A DNA stretch of 64,000 nt from Tubiluchus corallicola (taxonomy: Eukaryota > Animalia > Priapulida): positions 1 through 64,000 of the forward strand of contig JAQGDQ010000022.1 in assembly GCA_030141605.1 (NCBI GenBank), read 5' to 3'. Positions 32,574-45,600 of the stretch are shown piece after piece. Within the stretch, counting starts at the first letter, position 1; each line of letters opens with the position of its first letter. The notes under the pieces are model-generated. The model did no database searches and was not told the origin of the DNA. It worked only from the letters and a program-made list of their open reading frames with translations. Position numbers and translations under genes: made by a program.

Positions 32574-35500
32574 GTAAGTAGTGCTCACTAAGATTTATTA
32601 TGGATTTTCAAGTCGAAGTCACTGTTGTTGAAACTTGTCAAGTTGAGCAGAGTTTTTAGAGAAGGTTGTTGTCACGTTGGCAACAAGTTTATAGCAAATG
32701 GTTGAAAAGACGCAATGCGATAGATTAATGGAAAGTTTTGCAGTAGCCCATTGCTGACATCGATGCAAAGTTAAATAGCGAATTTTAGATGAAAACTTTA
32801 GTAATATTTGCATATCAGTTACAATAGTATTCTTAGACTATTCTATTAACATTTCTTAGTAATACTCGGAATGAGTTTACAATTCCCCACATAGTTTAAA
32901 TGCCTCAACCCTAGTCCTAACCCCGCTTCACGAACTCATTTCTTGTGTGTGGGTAATTGTAAACTTTAGCCATAATACTCTTTCTTTGGATAGTTTTGTG
33001 AGACTTTGCAATACATAGCACTCTCTTGTTCAAAATCTTCTAATTACTGTGTACTTTCAAATATAGTAGGTAATAAAAAGATCCAAATGGTCATGTGATT
33101 TTGAATGTCAGCATAATGACAAAAGGGCATTTAAGTTACCACTAAAGTTTAAAGGCTTTGACAAATGAAAATTATTTTAGAAATGTTAACAATTGTTGAA
33201 AAACAAATTTTCAAATATTTTCTACATTGATTTGATGAAAAATTTTCATTTAAAATGGCAACACTGTGCTGCAACAATTGGCATTACTGTCGCTTGCCAG
33301 TAAAAGTAATTTACCTGTTACACATGGGATACATCTAAAGTTTTCTGCCAAATACAGTAATTGAAATAACGAAGTAATTTTGAAAATTTTTAAAATTTAA
33401 GTATTAAGCACATATATACCAATTTTTTGTGCATTAGGTTTTCAGATGAGAGCGAGTCACAACTTGGGCCCTCAGCTTGCCATTCTTTTTATGGAGATGG
33501 TTATTGCGCTCCCCAGCGAGCAAAAAACAAGAAAGATACACTCATTTTAGCAAAATGCGTCCAAGATAAAGTTTTTGTAAAAAAGTCAATTCACTCGTTG
33601 ATAGAAAAGAAAGATTTTTCCAGTGCTGTTCACGCAGATAGTCGTTCACAAAAGAAAAATTCGACGTCGACAAGAGAGGCTACACGCTTGAAACCCCATA
33701 TAAGCAAAAAGATATCTAGTCAACCATCTTCAGCAAGTGACAGAATTGTTGGCCGGACTAAAGCAAAATTTCAATGCAAAAGTGTTAGTGTAAATGCATC
33801 TGTGGCAAAGAAAAATGTCGGTGCGAAGATATCACCTGCAAGGAAGTTAAAGGGCACTAAAAAGTCAAAAAACTCTTTGTTACACATACAGGTCAGACAA
33901 ACAGGCTTTATAAGCAAGCATTCAGAAGAAGTGCTGGGTTTGTGTGCTAAAAAGCAGAAAATTTCACAACACTTAACTTCAGAAAAATCAAAATCACCTG
34001 TGACTGAATCGACAAAAGCACCATCTGGTGCTAAATCTGTTCGCTACACAATGAAAGAAATGCTTAACAAGTATAATAGTAGTTTTTCTAATAAAAACTC
34101 TTCTATTGTTTCTCCATTAAGTAAAAGCAAAGAATCATGGTTAGCTCATTCATCCACAAAATTGACATTAATATCTCCAAATTCTCGAATCTTGAAGGAA
34201 CAAATTCTTGGCAGGAACAAGAAGGTAGACATTTCTTTACCAGAGAAAAAAGTGAAGCAGGAAGTGTTGCTGGAGGAAACTGTTATGCAACACCTTCAAA
34301 GTTTTGAAGGAACTGTAAGTGTGGATCCTGCAGACATAACTGAGCCAAAAATACCATTGTTTCATCAACCTTGTTTGCAAATGGGAAAGCGAAAAAGAAA
34401 ACTCACACAAAAGATCGAAGATTTCATTGCCAACGTACACCAGCGAAAACATAAACTTAACGAGGTAAACATTAGTGTTTCCTTTTAGATACCCGAGTAT
34501 TTGCCTGCATTGTTTATTATCAGAGCTTGGTACTACTAAAATGAAAATGGGTTTCAAAAATGAAAATGCAGACTTATTGTTATTATGATATCCATTATTA
34601 AAGAATTTAAATCCCACCTGTGGCACACTTATACTGTACAGTAGTACAAGGGGAGGGTCTACTAGCAGACTATTAACTGGTGTATTGGCACACTGCTTGT
34701 CTGCACTCAAATACATTAGGCTTGGTCTTTAGTAAATTGTTATTTTGAAATACTGTATAATAGTGTATTTTTCAGCATTAGCAAGCCAGCAGTGATAACC
34801 TCTATCAGTCTCAAGCACAGGCAGATTAAACTAATTTTGCCGATGGGTTGGGCTTGGTCTTTACCAAGAGATTAATTATCCAAACGAAATTGTTTATTAA
34901 CTTTTAAAAAACTTTCAGGCCACTAACAAAGATACCAACAAATTGATTGTTAAATTTAACAGTACACAAAAGAGCACAATAGATTATTATATTCCCCTAA
35001 ACCCTATGTTATAGCTGACTCAAAGGTAATAAGTAATTAAGAAGTCTGGCAGATAAGGGAAAAAGCTCCGTCAAATGTCCTTAAAACGTTAACTTTGTGA
35101 CACGCAGCTTTTGTGTTCATGCCTCAGCGTATAAGATGTTAATGAATGTTTAACATTACATTTAGTTGAAATGAACCCGTGCTTGTTTATAATTAGCAAA
35201 TAAAAATTATTTCAGTCTCTTCGCTGCAGCTGGATCTTAACAACCAAGTATTCGGGTATCTGACAATTATAAGGAAAATAGCTTCCGAGCCTGATTTTTG
35301 CTACCCGTGTAATCACTAGCAAAGATTAAATTAGTTGTACTGAAATAAAGTAATACATTGTTTATGTATTTAATTGTCTGCATGTAGAAAACTCTAAATA
35401 AAGCTATAAAAAATAAATTGCAATGTGAAGAATGTATGTAGTAGAATGTCAGAAGTTGATTTCTCAATCATGAAGAAAACTTTCTTACAGAACTTCCTGA

Positions 35501-36643
35501 GGAAAAAGAAAACGGATCTTAGACAAAGTAAGCACCTGGTGCAAAAAGCAAAAAAGCAACTGGGTAGGCCTATTGGTTCGAAATCAAATGTGTCTGCTTT
35601 GAAGAAAAAGCCTATCTATACTAAAAAAGCTGCTTTAAAACTGAATAGAGGTGACAATCTTTTTTTGTTTTATAAACCAAAATTGTGTTTAAATTGTGTT
35701 TCCGAGGGTGCTGCCTGTTCTGTGTGAGCAAAGGAGTAAAGCCATAATATTGCTTACCTGATAATTAGAATGATCAAGCTTTTTGTTGATTTTCTCACCT
35801 CTGGCATGGGTGACGCAAAGGTCACAAGTTTTTCTTCAAATCGCCAACCCAAGTGCAACTTTATGCAAAATTTGCTCAGAATTAAATTTTTCAAAACCCC
35901 CAAAAGCTTTAAAAATGATATTGACCTGAATACCCTAGACTGGTCATTTGTTCAAGAAAATGTGCTGTTATAGCATTCTAAAATCTTTTCAAATGTTTAA
36001 ATACTAAGTTTACAGTATTGAAGACGTTTCAGCTTTAGTTGGTCAACAACAACATAAAATGGATCAGTAGCTAACACAGTACTAATGTTGATGTGGGTTT
36101 CAAAGACTGCATGATACAGCATGCTTTCTTTTTGTACCAAAGTTGAGATGTTCTCCTACATTTCAGGAAAGTTGCCAGTATGTGAAATCTGCTCGTGCAA
36201 GATTCGACTGTCTACAATCGGGCATTATGGTCACATTCTGTGTAATTCTTGTCGCACCTTTTATAGGAACAAGTTCCATACCTTAGACAAAATTCCAGTA
36301 TGTGAACACAAAGGTACTAGTCTTCATTAACTTTACGGCATATTTAGTAACTGGTTTATTTATAACATTTTTGCAGAGGTACGAAGGTTGTCATTCCAGG
36401 AAATTGTGCAGTTTTATATAACTTTATGTGATAAGTTTTTTTGAGTTTTATCGTTTTGCTGTTATTGTGTTCTTCTATGTTGCTCCATTTTTGCAATTAG
36501 TACTTTAATTTCAGATTTTGTTACCATTTTCAATGCTTTTGTATATAAACCCCTTTTCTATTTGGGCTGTATTTTAGTAACAAATTACATGTATTGTGTT
36601 CTATACATACATACATACATACATACATACATACATACATACA

Positions 36644-36675
<32 letters not shown>

Positions 36676-39600
36676 GAACAAGATATGTTTATCTTACTCA
36701 GGACATGTTGTAAATGAGTTTTGTTTTATCCTGTAACTTTGTCTATACAGAGTTTACTTTAATCAGACTGTGTACTATTTGTAGGTAAATGTAAAGACTT
36801 GCGTGCTTGCTTAGCTTGCCGCCTTGATAAAATGTTTGACATTATTGGAGACATTACCAATTATTCCCGTGTGACAACAAAACTGCCATCAAAGGGTATC
36901 AACTTGCAGTTTATTTATATATATAATTGACTTTCTGTTGTGGTGCATGGTAGTGATGTAACTGTTTAAAACTTCGAGAAATAGGGTTAGTGATTTTTGT
37001 TGGAGCTGGGTTCTTTTCAAGTAAGGTTGCCAAACAGGGTAGTGTGCTGCGAACATTTCTTTTGTGAGGTAGTGAAGTGACATTAGTGCCTAAGTGAACA
37101 ACAAGCTTGAATTTATTCAACTATTGAGGGCTTATATTTTGTACTAGCAAGCGTACTTGTTTTACTTTTCTAATACATTAAAATGTTAATCGGACAAGAT
37201 TCTGCAAAAACCTAAGTAACATATTCTGCTATTAGAACACTACCTACAAGCAAACGGCCTCAAATTTTTTTTTATTTAAGTTTGCAATATTTTTCTGTTT
37301 TGTGTCTAGTAAGAAATTTGCATACAACGTGGATGTTATAAAGCCTAAAGGGTAATCTTCATTAAGCAATTCATGAGATTTAGTTAACATTGTCACAAAT
37401 TCAAAAAAATATATATTCATTAAAAACTTGCATTTATTGCTATTATAGAAGCTGTGTTACATAATAAGAGATATTTTTAAACTTTCACATGTTATGACAT
37501 CATGACTTGAGTGTTTTCTTTACTAACTTACAGCTGTGAAAAAAGAACTCTTGCTTAGAAAGAAGAGAGCGAAGCAAATGGCTGTGGAAAGCAAATTCTT
37601 GGAGAAAACTGGAACAAAGCGAAAAGAAATGCTGGTTGAGGAAATGCCTTCAAAGCTAAAGCGTCGTAGTAAAGCAGACAGCTCTTTAAAAGGAAAACTA
37701 GGAACAAAGTCGGTAACAGTTCATCGTGATGTGCAAACTAGCAGTAAAGTAGATACAAAGCACAAAAACGTCCCAGAATACAAAGACAAATTAGAGACTA
37801 AAGCCATTAAGAAGGAGAACGAATTTAGTGGTAATTCTGAAGCGTTACAGCACGACATTTTGTTTAATGATCAACCGAAGATCAAATTGGAGAATTTGGA
37901 TTTGGATGAAGGTGTCAATGTAGATACATCATCACAGAATTCTACAAATTTAACCAATTCTGCACGAACAAGAAACATGTGCAGACAGGCTGCCCATGTG
38001 TCAAATTCCAAACTAAAATCAGTTGTTATTCCAGTTCAAAAACTACAGTTAACGCTGCAGCGTCAAGGGAGGGGTAGACCACCAAAGAAGGGAGCTGAAA
38101 TGCTGAAAAAGGTGAAAATGGGTATTGTGCATTCAAAACACGGTCTAGGTAAAGCGCTTAAACTGAAGAAAAATGCTACTATGACATTACAGCAAAAGCA
38201 GGCTAAGAAAGCAATAGCTCGACCTACCAGAGTTTCAAATCGCCCAAAACATATGAACAGATTATTGTTTTCTGACGAATATGAATTCTCTAATTCACTT
38301 GAAGCACATTCTGAGATTTTGACAAGTAAAGAGTTTGCTGGTGAGCCTAAAGATGAAGTTGCTGATTCAGAAAATGCGAGGCCGACTTATGTAAATACTC
38401 TGAAAGATAAACATTTTGATAAAGGGATTCAGGTAAGCAGTACTAAATATATACATTCAGCTTTATAATTAACAACATTTATAAATTCCAGTGAATCATA
38501 TGTTCATTTCGTCATTCCTTGAGTTGATTTTAATTCTTACGATTTCAGGGACCAAGAATCAAACATGTTTGCAGAAGTTTTGAAGCCGTAATGGGTCAAC
38601 CAACATCGGCTGGTTTGAGTGAACTTAATCTTAGTGCTCTGCCACAGGAAGAAAAGGACAAAATCGAACGGCCTTCTGATGATAGTGGTTAGTATTGAAA
38701 AATATCACAAAATACAGGTGAAAGTTTGTTTAGAATTTAATGTAACTTGTTTTCTGTGGTGAAAGCATGACTGTTGTGTGCGTTTCATATGCATATATGT
38801 TAGAGATTGCAATAGTTAACTTTTTTGGTTTTTCTAGATGGCGAATGGAAGCCGCCTAATAAAAGCTCTTCGCCAAAGAAGAAATTTGGGAAGCCCATTG
38901 TTGTTAAACAATCCGGAGGTTTTGGACGTCGACGCATCCGGTGCAAAAAGTGTCCACCTTGTTTGAAACCGGATTGCAGAGACTGTTATGCTTGTAGGTT
39001 AGTGTTGCATTTAATAGCCGCAGCTATGGATAAATGCTGAGGTTGTGTAAACTTTAAAATGTATTTCTTTGCACATTGCTTTTGACACTATGTTCATAAA
39101 CATAAGATATGGACAAAAAGAGCCATTCCTGTTTTGTTTATTTAAGTTTGAAGAACACTATTTAACATGGCGTTTGTGCTTTGTTTGTTATTTAGTTTCT
39201 GTATCTTTAATGCTATATTAAGTTCACTGAGTCTGTGAATCTGTTATTCATTTTTTCTGTTTGCTAAAGTTAAACTGGTAATTTAATTATTTGGTTTCAT
39301 CACTCTTTGTTTTCTGTGTTACAGATTTCATCTGCTTACAGCTTATCTTATCTGCTTTATTATTGTTATTAATAATGTTAAAAAATGCAAGATGTTTGTT
39401 CTACATTTCAATCATTTTGATGCCGTAGCTATTACCATTTTTCTGGACTCCTTCCATGTGACTTTCGACTTTTAAGTCATGCCTGACTAGTTTTCTTCCT
39501 TGTTCTTTTCTGCCATTTACAAGTTGCTACTCTCCAGTCATATTTCTTGCTAACTGCAACATGCTCTATATACTTTTTTGTTATTGTGTAATTGTGGAAA

Positions 39601-42600
39601 CCCTGTTTTCTTTAACACTGACTACACCACCAACCTAGGCTGCTTCTCTGAGGCATTATGGGATATCCATTTTTTATACCAATATTTTTCTGCTCTTCAG
39701 AGTCTGATTGACATAAAGCTGCTCGGTAAGCTTCGATTATAAAAATAAATTTTTCAGGGACATGATAAAGTATGGCGGTCCTGGTACGATTAAGAAAGGA
39801 TGCATGTAAGTGGACTTTTTGCTTGAATGAATTTCTGACTCAAAAATTATCCGTCAGTGAAATGCAGTAAACCTACACTTGAAGAAATGATCGTAGAGTA
39901 CACTCTCTGTGCCATTGTGTGACTATTTAACATCCATGTTTATTAATGCTCACATGATGGTTTGTTTTTGATAATTCTAAAATCACCATCTGTGTGTGTG
40001 TGTGATTTTAATTCATACCAGTAAATGAGTCTTTTGATTACTTGTAATTTGAAAACATAAGAATGCTTGTGAAAAACAATTTTGGGTTATTTTATTTTAT
40101 AGAAAAAGAATTTGCTTAAATCCTGTGTATGGGAATGAGAATAAAAAGCCTGCGGTGTCGTACTACAAACCAAGAAACATAATTTTCTCTAATAAACGCA
40201 AATACTGCCAATTTAACAAAGGACCGAAGGTCAATGCAAATTTATTGTGCAACCCACAGGTAAGATTGCAAGATATTTGTAAAATTTAATAACTGTACGT
40301 CTACTTTCAAGGTGCTTAGCTAAGAAGCCAGTTAACTGATAGTGACTGTGGGTCTGCGAGATCTTGAACTTGTCTTGTTCTCACGGGGAAAAAATTACTC
40401 CATCTTTTCTTGATTTCCAGATCGTCAAACATAAAAACCGAGAAAAGCTCGTGACGAAATTGTGGCAAACGTGCAAAATACATATTCGCAGATTGCTTGG
40501 TCACTCCACTGCATCACATTTTATTTGATGGCATATTTTGCGTGTATAATATGTACATTCAGTAAAGCATATGTTTTGTGGGCAATGAGTTTGATGTCAT
40601 AGTCTGGTATTATATAATTATAAACGTATAGTATTTAACCAGTAATCATGGTAATTATAAGGCATTTAGATTAGCTATGTATATGTTACAGTATGTAAAT
40701 GCACATTATGCCAACTTGTTAAACTTAGACATTTTGTAAAATTCCTTGGCATTTCATACAACACCTGTGCATGTCAGGAAAAGTGTGAAATAAATCTTTT
40801 TGCTCCGACTCTTTCACATTATTACCTAGACATTTTATATAATAGCTGGTATTTATATAAAATGCGTAAAGTGACTTTGGCAAACTTAAAATTAACACAA
40901 TTCATGTTGAATCAAACTTCGGAGATATTTTATACACTGTCTAGGCTTTGTATGGATTTGACAAAAAAGACTTGGTCAGTTTACTAAATTAAGTAAGCAG
41001 TTCAAATAAACCCGTGAGTTTATTGCTTTATTAACCCTGATGCAACATTACCATCTTTGACATGCTGGTCAGTCAGGTGGACCACTTTCCATTCTTGGAA
41101 AGCCTGCTTTCTAGCAGATACACTTCTGGGAAAGGAGTGGAGCACTGAATAGAAACAGCTAATTTGGCCTTTGGGAAACTTCTATAATGAATCTAAGAAT
41201 AAAGAGCTAAATGAGTCTCATGGTTTATCAAGCTGCCACCTTCTCAGCCTTGTTCTTTACAGCCTACAAACTTGGACTCTCGATTTATCATGGAATCATA
41301 CAGCTTCAGCTTTTCCCATCAACAAGAGTTTCCCTCAATCCTGAACGTCAAATGTGACTAGCATAGACATTTCACCTCAGTAGTCAGTGGTCACCACTTT
41401 GGAACACCTATTGCTAAAATAAGTACCAAACGAAACTACACAGCAAATGCATAGACTAGACAAGCTTCCCACCATAGCTGTATGACACAAATTAGACTCG
41501 CAGACTCCTAACAATGACTTTATGTTTGCCTAGCTTACAGATATTGAGTTGACCCTGTCACTGAGTATAGGATTCTGGTTTGTAGGTTGCTAAAATATTT
41601 AAATAAAGCTTGGTTCCCAGCTACATATAACATTTTTTCTGTTTTTTGTAGGTTTCCCTAGAAAAGTTGGATGATACTTTAATAGCCGATGCTCAGTCAT
41701 CCAGTAAAGACAACTCTGCATTGGTCAGTACTGCACAAGCTACTGACGTTGATAGGCCAACGTTTTTCAGGAAAAATTTGACAAAACAATACAAGGTAAA
41801 TTTTTTTTAAAGATGACGAAGCACTTTACTAAAAATAACTCGAGTTTTGCATTGTTATAATAATGTGCTACATTATTTTTTGTATTTTTGTGATTGTAGA
41901 TTGATGTATTAGTCCTAAAAAAGTATACTTAGGTGTAAGCTGCACATACATTCCTCCTATATCTTCCTCTATATACGTTTAAGATTTTGAATAGAGAGTT
42001 TGTTCATTTCAGGACTGCAAATAATTCTTGAATGAATGACCATGATTTAAAATGATGTATAGTCTAAAGTTTTTTTAAAGTTGATTTTACATTATAGAAT
42101 TAATATCCCAGAAGCCTGCTAATTTCGATAGTTTTCATTGTTGCGCATTCTCAACATATTGTGGCAACAGTACCTTCTTCGTGGAAATGTGTCGCACAAA
42201 AATATGCACTGTATCAGACAGTAGAATACTAGATCAGCGAATGAAGTCGTGAAATCATGTGTTAGACCAGCAGTAAAATTGAAATTTGAAATGGGATCTT
42301 GTGTTTCACAGACAGTGTCTTCACTTCTGTGCCTAATTTTGTAAATGTATGAAAAAGAAACAAAATTGTCCATTGAAAATTTTTTGTCTAATTGATAAAC
42401 AATTCAGTTTGTTTATCAGAGATGTTATGGCAATTATTATAAATATATTTATTTAAACCATTGATAAAAATGACAAATAGCCTGAAAAATCGACCTGTGT
42501 CTTATTAAGTAAAGTGTCAGGTAATGCAGTGTGGCGAAGTTATAGTGGTTTGAAGTTTTGCAAATTAAAGGAAAAAAAATCAATAAATGTACACCAAATT

Positions 42601-45600
42601 GTAAAATCATTCTTATTCGCTTTTAGGATATTAGTGCAAGTCCTGGTAAGCAGCATGGCCCACTTCATTCATATAAACCAACAGTGTTGTGGAAGGATTG
42701 GGAAGATCAAGATTTAGAGGAACCTCGACTGTTGAAGGTCGATTATGTGGTGAGAAAGAACGATACCTTTAATTTCATTATTGCAGTTGATCTGCTAGTT
42801 ATTACAGTACGGTAACATCGAAGTACTGTAATTTATAGAATTTTTGTATTCCAAAAATTACTGCAGATTTAGCACTAAATTCTTTTCGACAAATTGTTAT
42901 TGTGCGGCTATTTATTCAAGCGCTCAAATCACTGATGCTAATGCTAGCCTGCTACATGCAATCTGTTTGTTAGATGGCTGTATAAGAAGTGAGCAAAGTT
43001 GCCCGCAGTAAATATTAGTGGAGTTTTCAGTGAATTACATCCATTGGTTAGTGATTAACATTTGGGTTTTCAACACTAAACATTGTGTGCTTTCCATATA
43101 GGCTTTGTGACTCCAGTATAAATGACTTAAGCTCAATTTGCAAAAGCTTAGTAACCACTACAGTATTTGGGTGATTTATAGTAAGTTAACAAAATAAAAT
43201 TCACTCCTGATAAGGTACGATGACCATGCTAATAAATGGTTTAAACATAAACTGTGTGGAAATTTTTCTGCTTTATGCTTTGTCGTGTAGGTGACTCAGT
43301 TTTGCTTGTCATTCATCACTAGTGTACTTTTTTACCAGAACAAGTCAGATGAGGACAGTTTATGGGCAAATGGTGAATGCATCATATCTGTTGGACTACA
43401 GTTGACTGGTGAAGTCTGCTATTTGTGTGCTTCCATTGGGCATCACCAGGTATTTGCAACCTGTTATATTTGTGAAACTTTTGAATTAAGCTAAGGTTAG
43501 GTATATGTTATGTACTGTCAGTTTTTAATAGCTGAACCATATAACTGATAAATTCTTGGTTAAGTTATAGATACGTTGTTGCAAATTGCTTTGAAGATTA
43601 TTTATGGCGAAACTGTAAAAAAGCTATATAGAATACATAGTGGTGTAGACTAGTTTTTTTGTTCTGAAACATTTGCAGAATTTTTCATATTTTATATGTT
43701 GTGACAAGTGTTACATGTACTGTTAGAAGCTTACCCAGAGCTGAAATCAAAATTTTGTGTTCTTGAAAGTGTTAAATTTACAACTTTTGTGTGTAAAAAT
43801 ACCTCCAGAATAATATGAAATGCGGAAATGTAGAAAAAAATGCAGAGGCAGCAATGTACAAGTGTGTCTCAGGCAGTCCAAGCTGATCTTGCACATTCAA
43901 GTCACACATGCAATGAGTCAACAGTGTTTGGCATGCTAACTGGCTGAGTTATTATCGTGTCCTCGTTTGTCTGTGTTCTTATTTGAGAATTTGACAGATG
44001 TTGCTTGTTTTGCGTTGGTATATTGCCAGTGCTTTCACTTAAAACTTTTCTCTTATGTTGCAGCTGTATTCTTGTCAAGTATGTTGTGAACCATTTCACG
44101 AATTTTGTCTGGAAGATGGCGAAAAGCCACTGCCAGGCAAAGGTTGGAGCAACTGGATTTGTCCAAAATGTCTTTACTGTGACATCTGCGGTCAGCAGGA
44201 AATTGTTAGTCAGCATTAATCTATATACTTATGTATTTTTGTAAAACCTTGGCTTAGGTTTTCTGTTACAATAAAGCCACAACTTCTGTAAGACGCTATG
44301 CATTTTACGAACTATGCAATATGCTGAATTTTGTCTTATTGAGTACTGACTGTTTGTTAAGATAGAGACCTCGCCATAACGGTAACTTTTGCCCTGTCCT
44401 GATTTCCATTGCGTATTAAGTATAAGGAATAATGCCAACCTCGCCTAATGCCATCTGCCAACATATCTGCAGTGCCAAAAGTCTATTGTACATAATAAAT
44501 CTACCCCATTATAGATAAAATAATATGCCAGCCAAGATAAAATATAATGAATTGCTGCTGAAAACAGCTGTTGTATTGTAGAAAAACAGTCACTTGTAAA
44601 AACAATGACCTCTGAACAGAAAAACAATTATGGCGTTTATATTAAGATTAGGTTTTGTTGCAAGTGACTGTATGAAAGTGAATGCTGAGATTTTGAGCAA
44701 GGAGCACGCATTTTAAGGGTACAATTAAGAGTTGCATAACTATGGTTCAGTACTGAACTAGTGTGAATTTAACGGCTGTTAAAGCTGTTTGACTCAAGTT
44801 ACGTGCGACAGCTATTTATGGTCTTAATTACCCAGTAATGTTATGTTAGGAGTGTGCATGGGCCACGTGGCTGCATATTTCTTTTATCAACAGTTGGCTA
44901 ATTAACCAGTATTTCACAAGATTGCTTTTCCAAGTTATGTTATGTAAAAGTTTTACAATTTACCACTGTAGAACTACACCTGCATTGTCAATGCAGCAAA
45001 AATATACAGTATATAACACACGTATTGTTGTAATTATAATAGTATTATAATTATATCACATGTATATCACTTCCATATTTAATGAACCTTGTCTTACTGC
45101 CAACCCCGCCTTGTTTAGTGGTGTCCCATACCTGGCATTATAGCGAAGTTTGACTGTATAAGCTTTTAGAATTTTGGCAATGCGTAACTCCTACAGCAGG
45201 GGTGTGCAAATTGCGGCCCGCCGAGAGAATTTGTGCGGCCCGCGAAGAGATTTGTCAACCTAATGAAAGTGCGGCCCGGGCGATTAATTGAGGGTATCCA
45301 GCTGAAGTCCGTGCCACGATCCCAAAGATAGTGCGGGTAGTTTTTTCTACTAGATCGGATGCCATTAACCCTGACAAGACGGTTGTAGCTTAATGTCACT
45401 GTACTACACAGACTGTGTGATACATATTACTGATATGCATTGTAATGAAATTACCACTATCTGTCCTGAAAGTAGAAATATATGGTTTGTAATATAAATT
45501 TTAATAACTTGTAAAATAGTTTCTCGAGTGTAGTAGTAATGATGTACGCAGGTCGGATGCAAAAAAATCGTTATTAGGCCTTTCTGTACTTGGCTCCTTG

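Noticed and set aside
34237-34716. Antisense ORFs over trx exons (also 55442-55747 and 56199-56507)
   Set aside because: They are shadow frames of real coding exons.
36896-36905. Donor GTATCAACTT as a possible U12-type intron
   Set aside because: It does not match GTATCCTT, and there is no TCCTTAAC branch site.
39430-39720. Possible minus-strand RTE C-terminal relic
   Set aside because: Only scattered residues ([13 protein letters not shown]) match; it is too degraded to support without a search.
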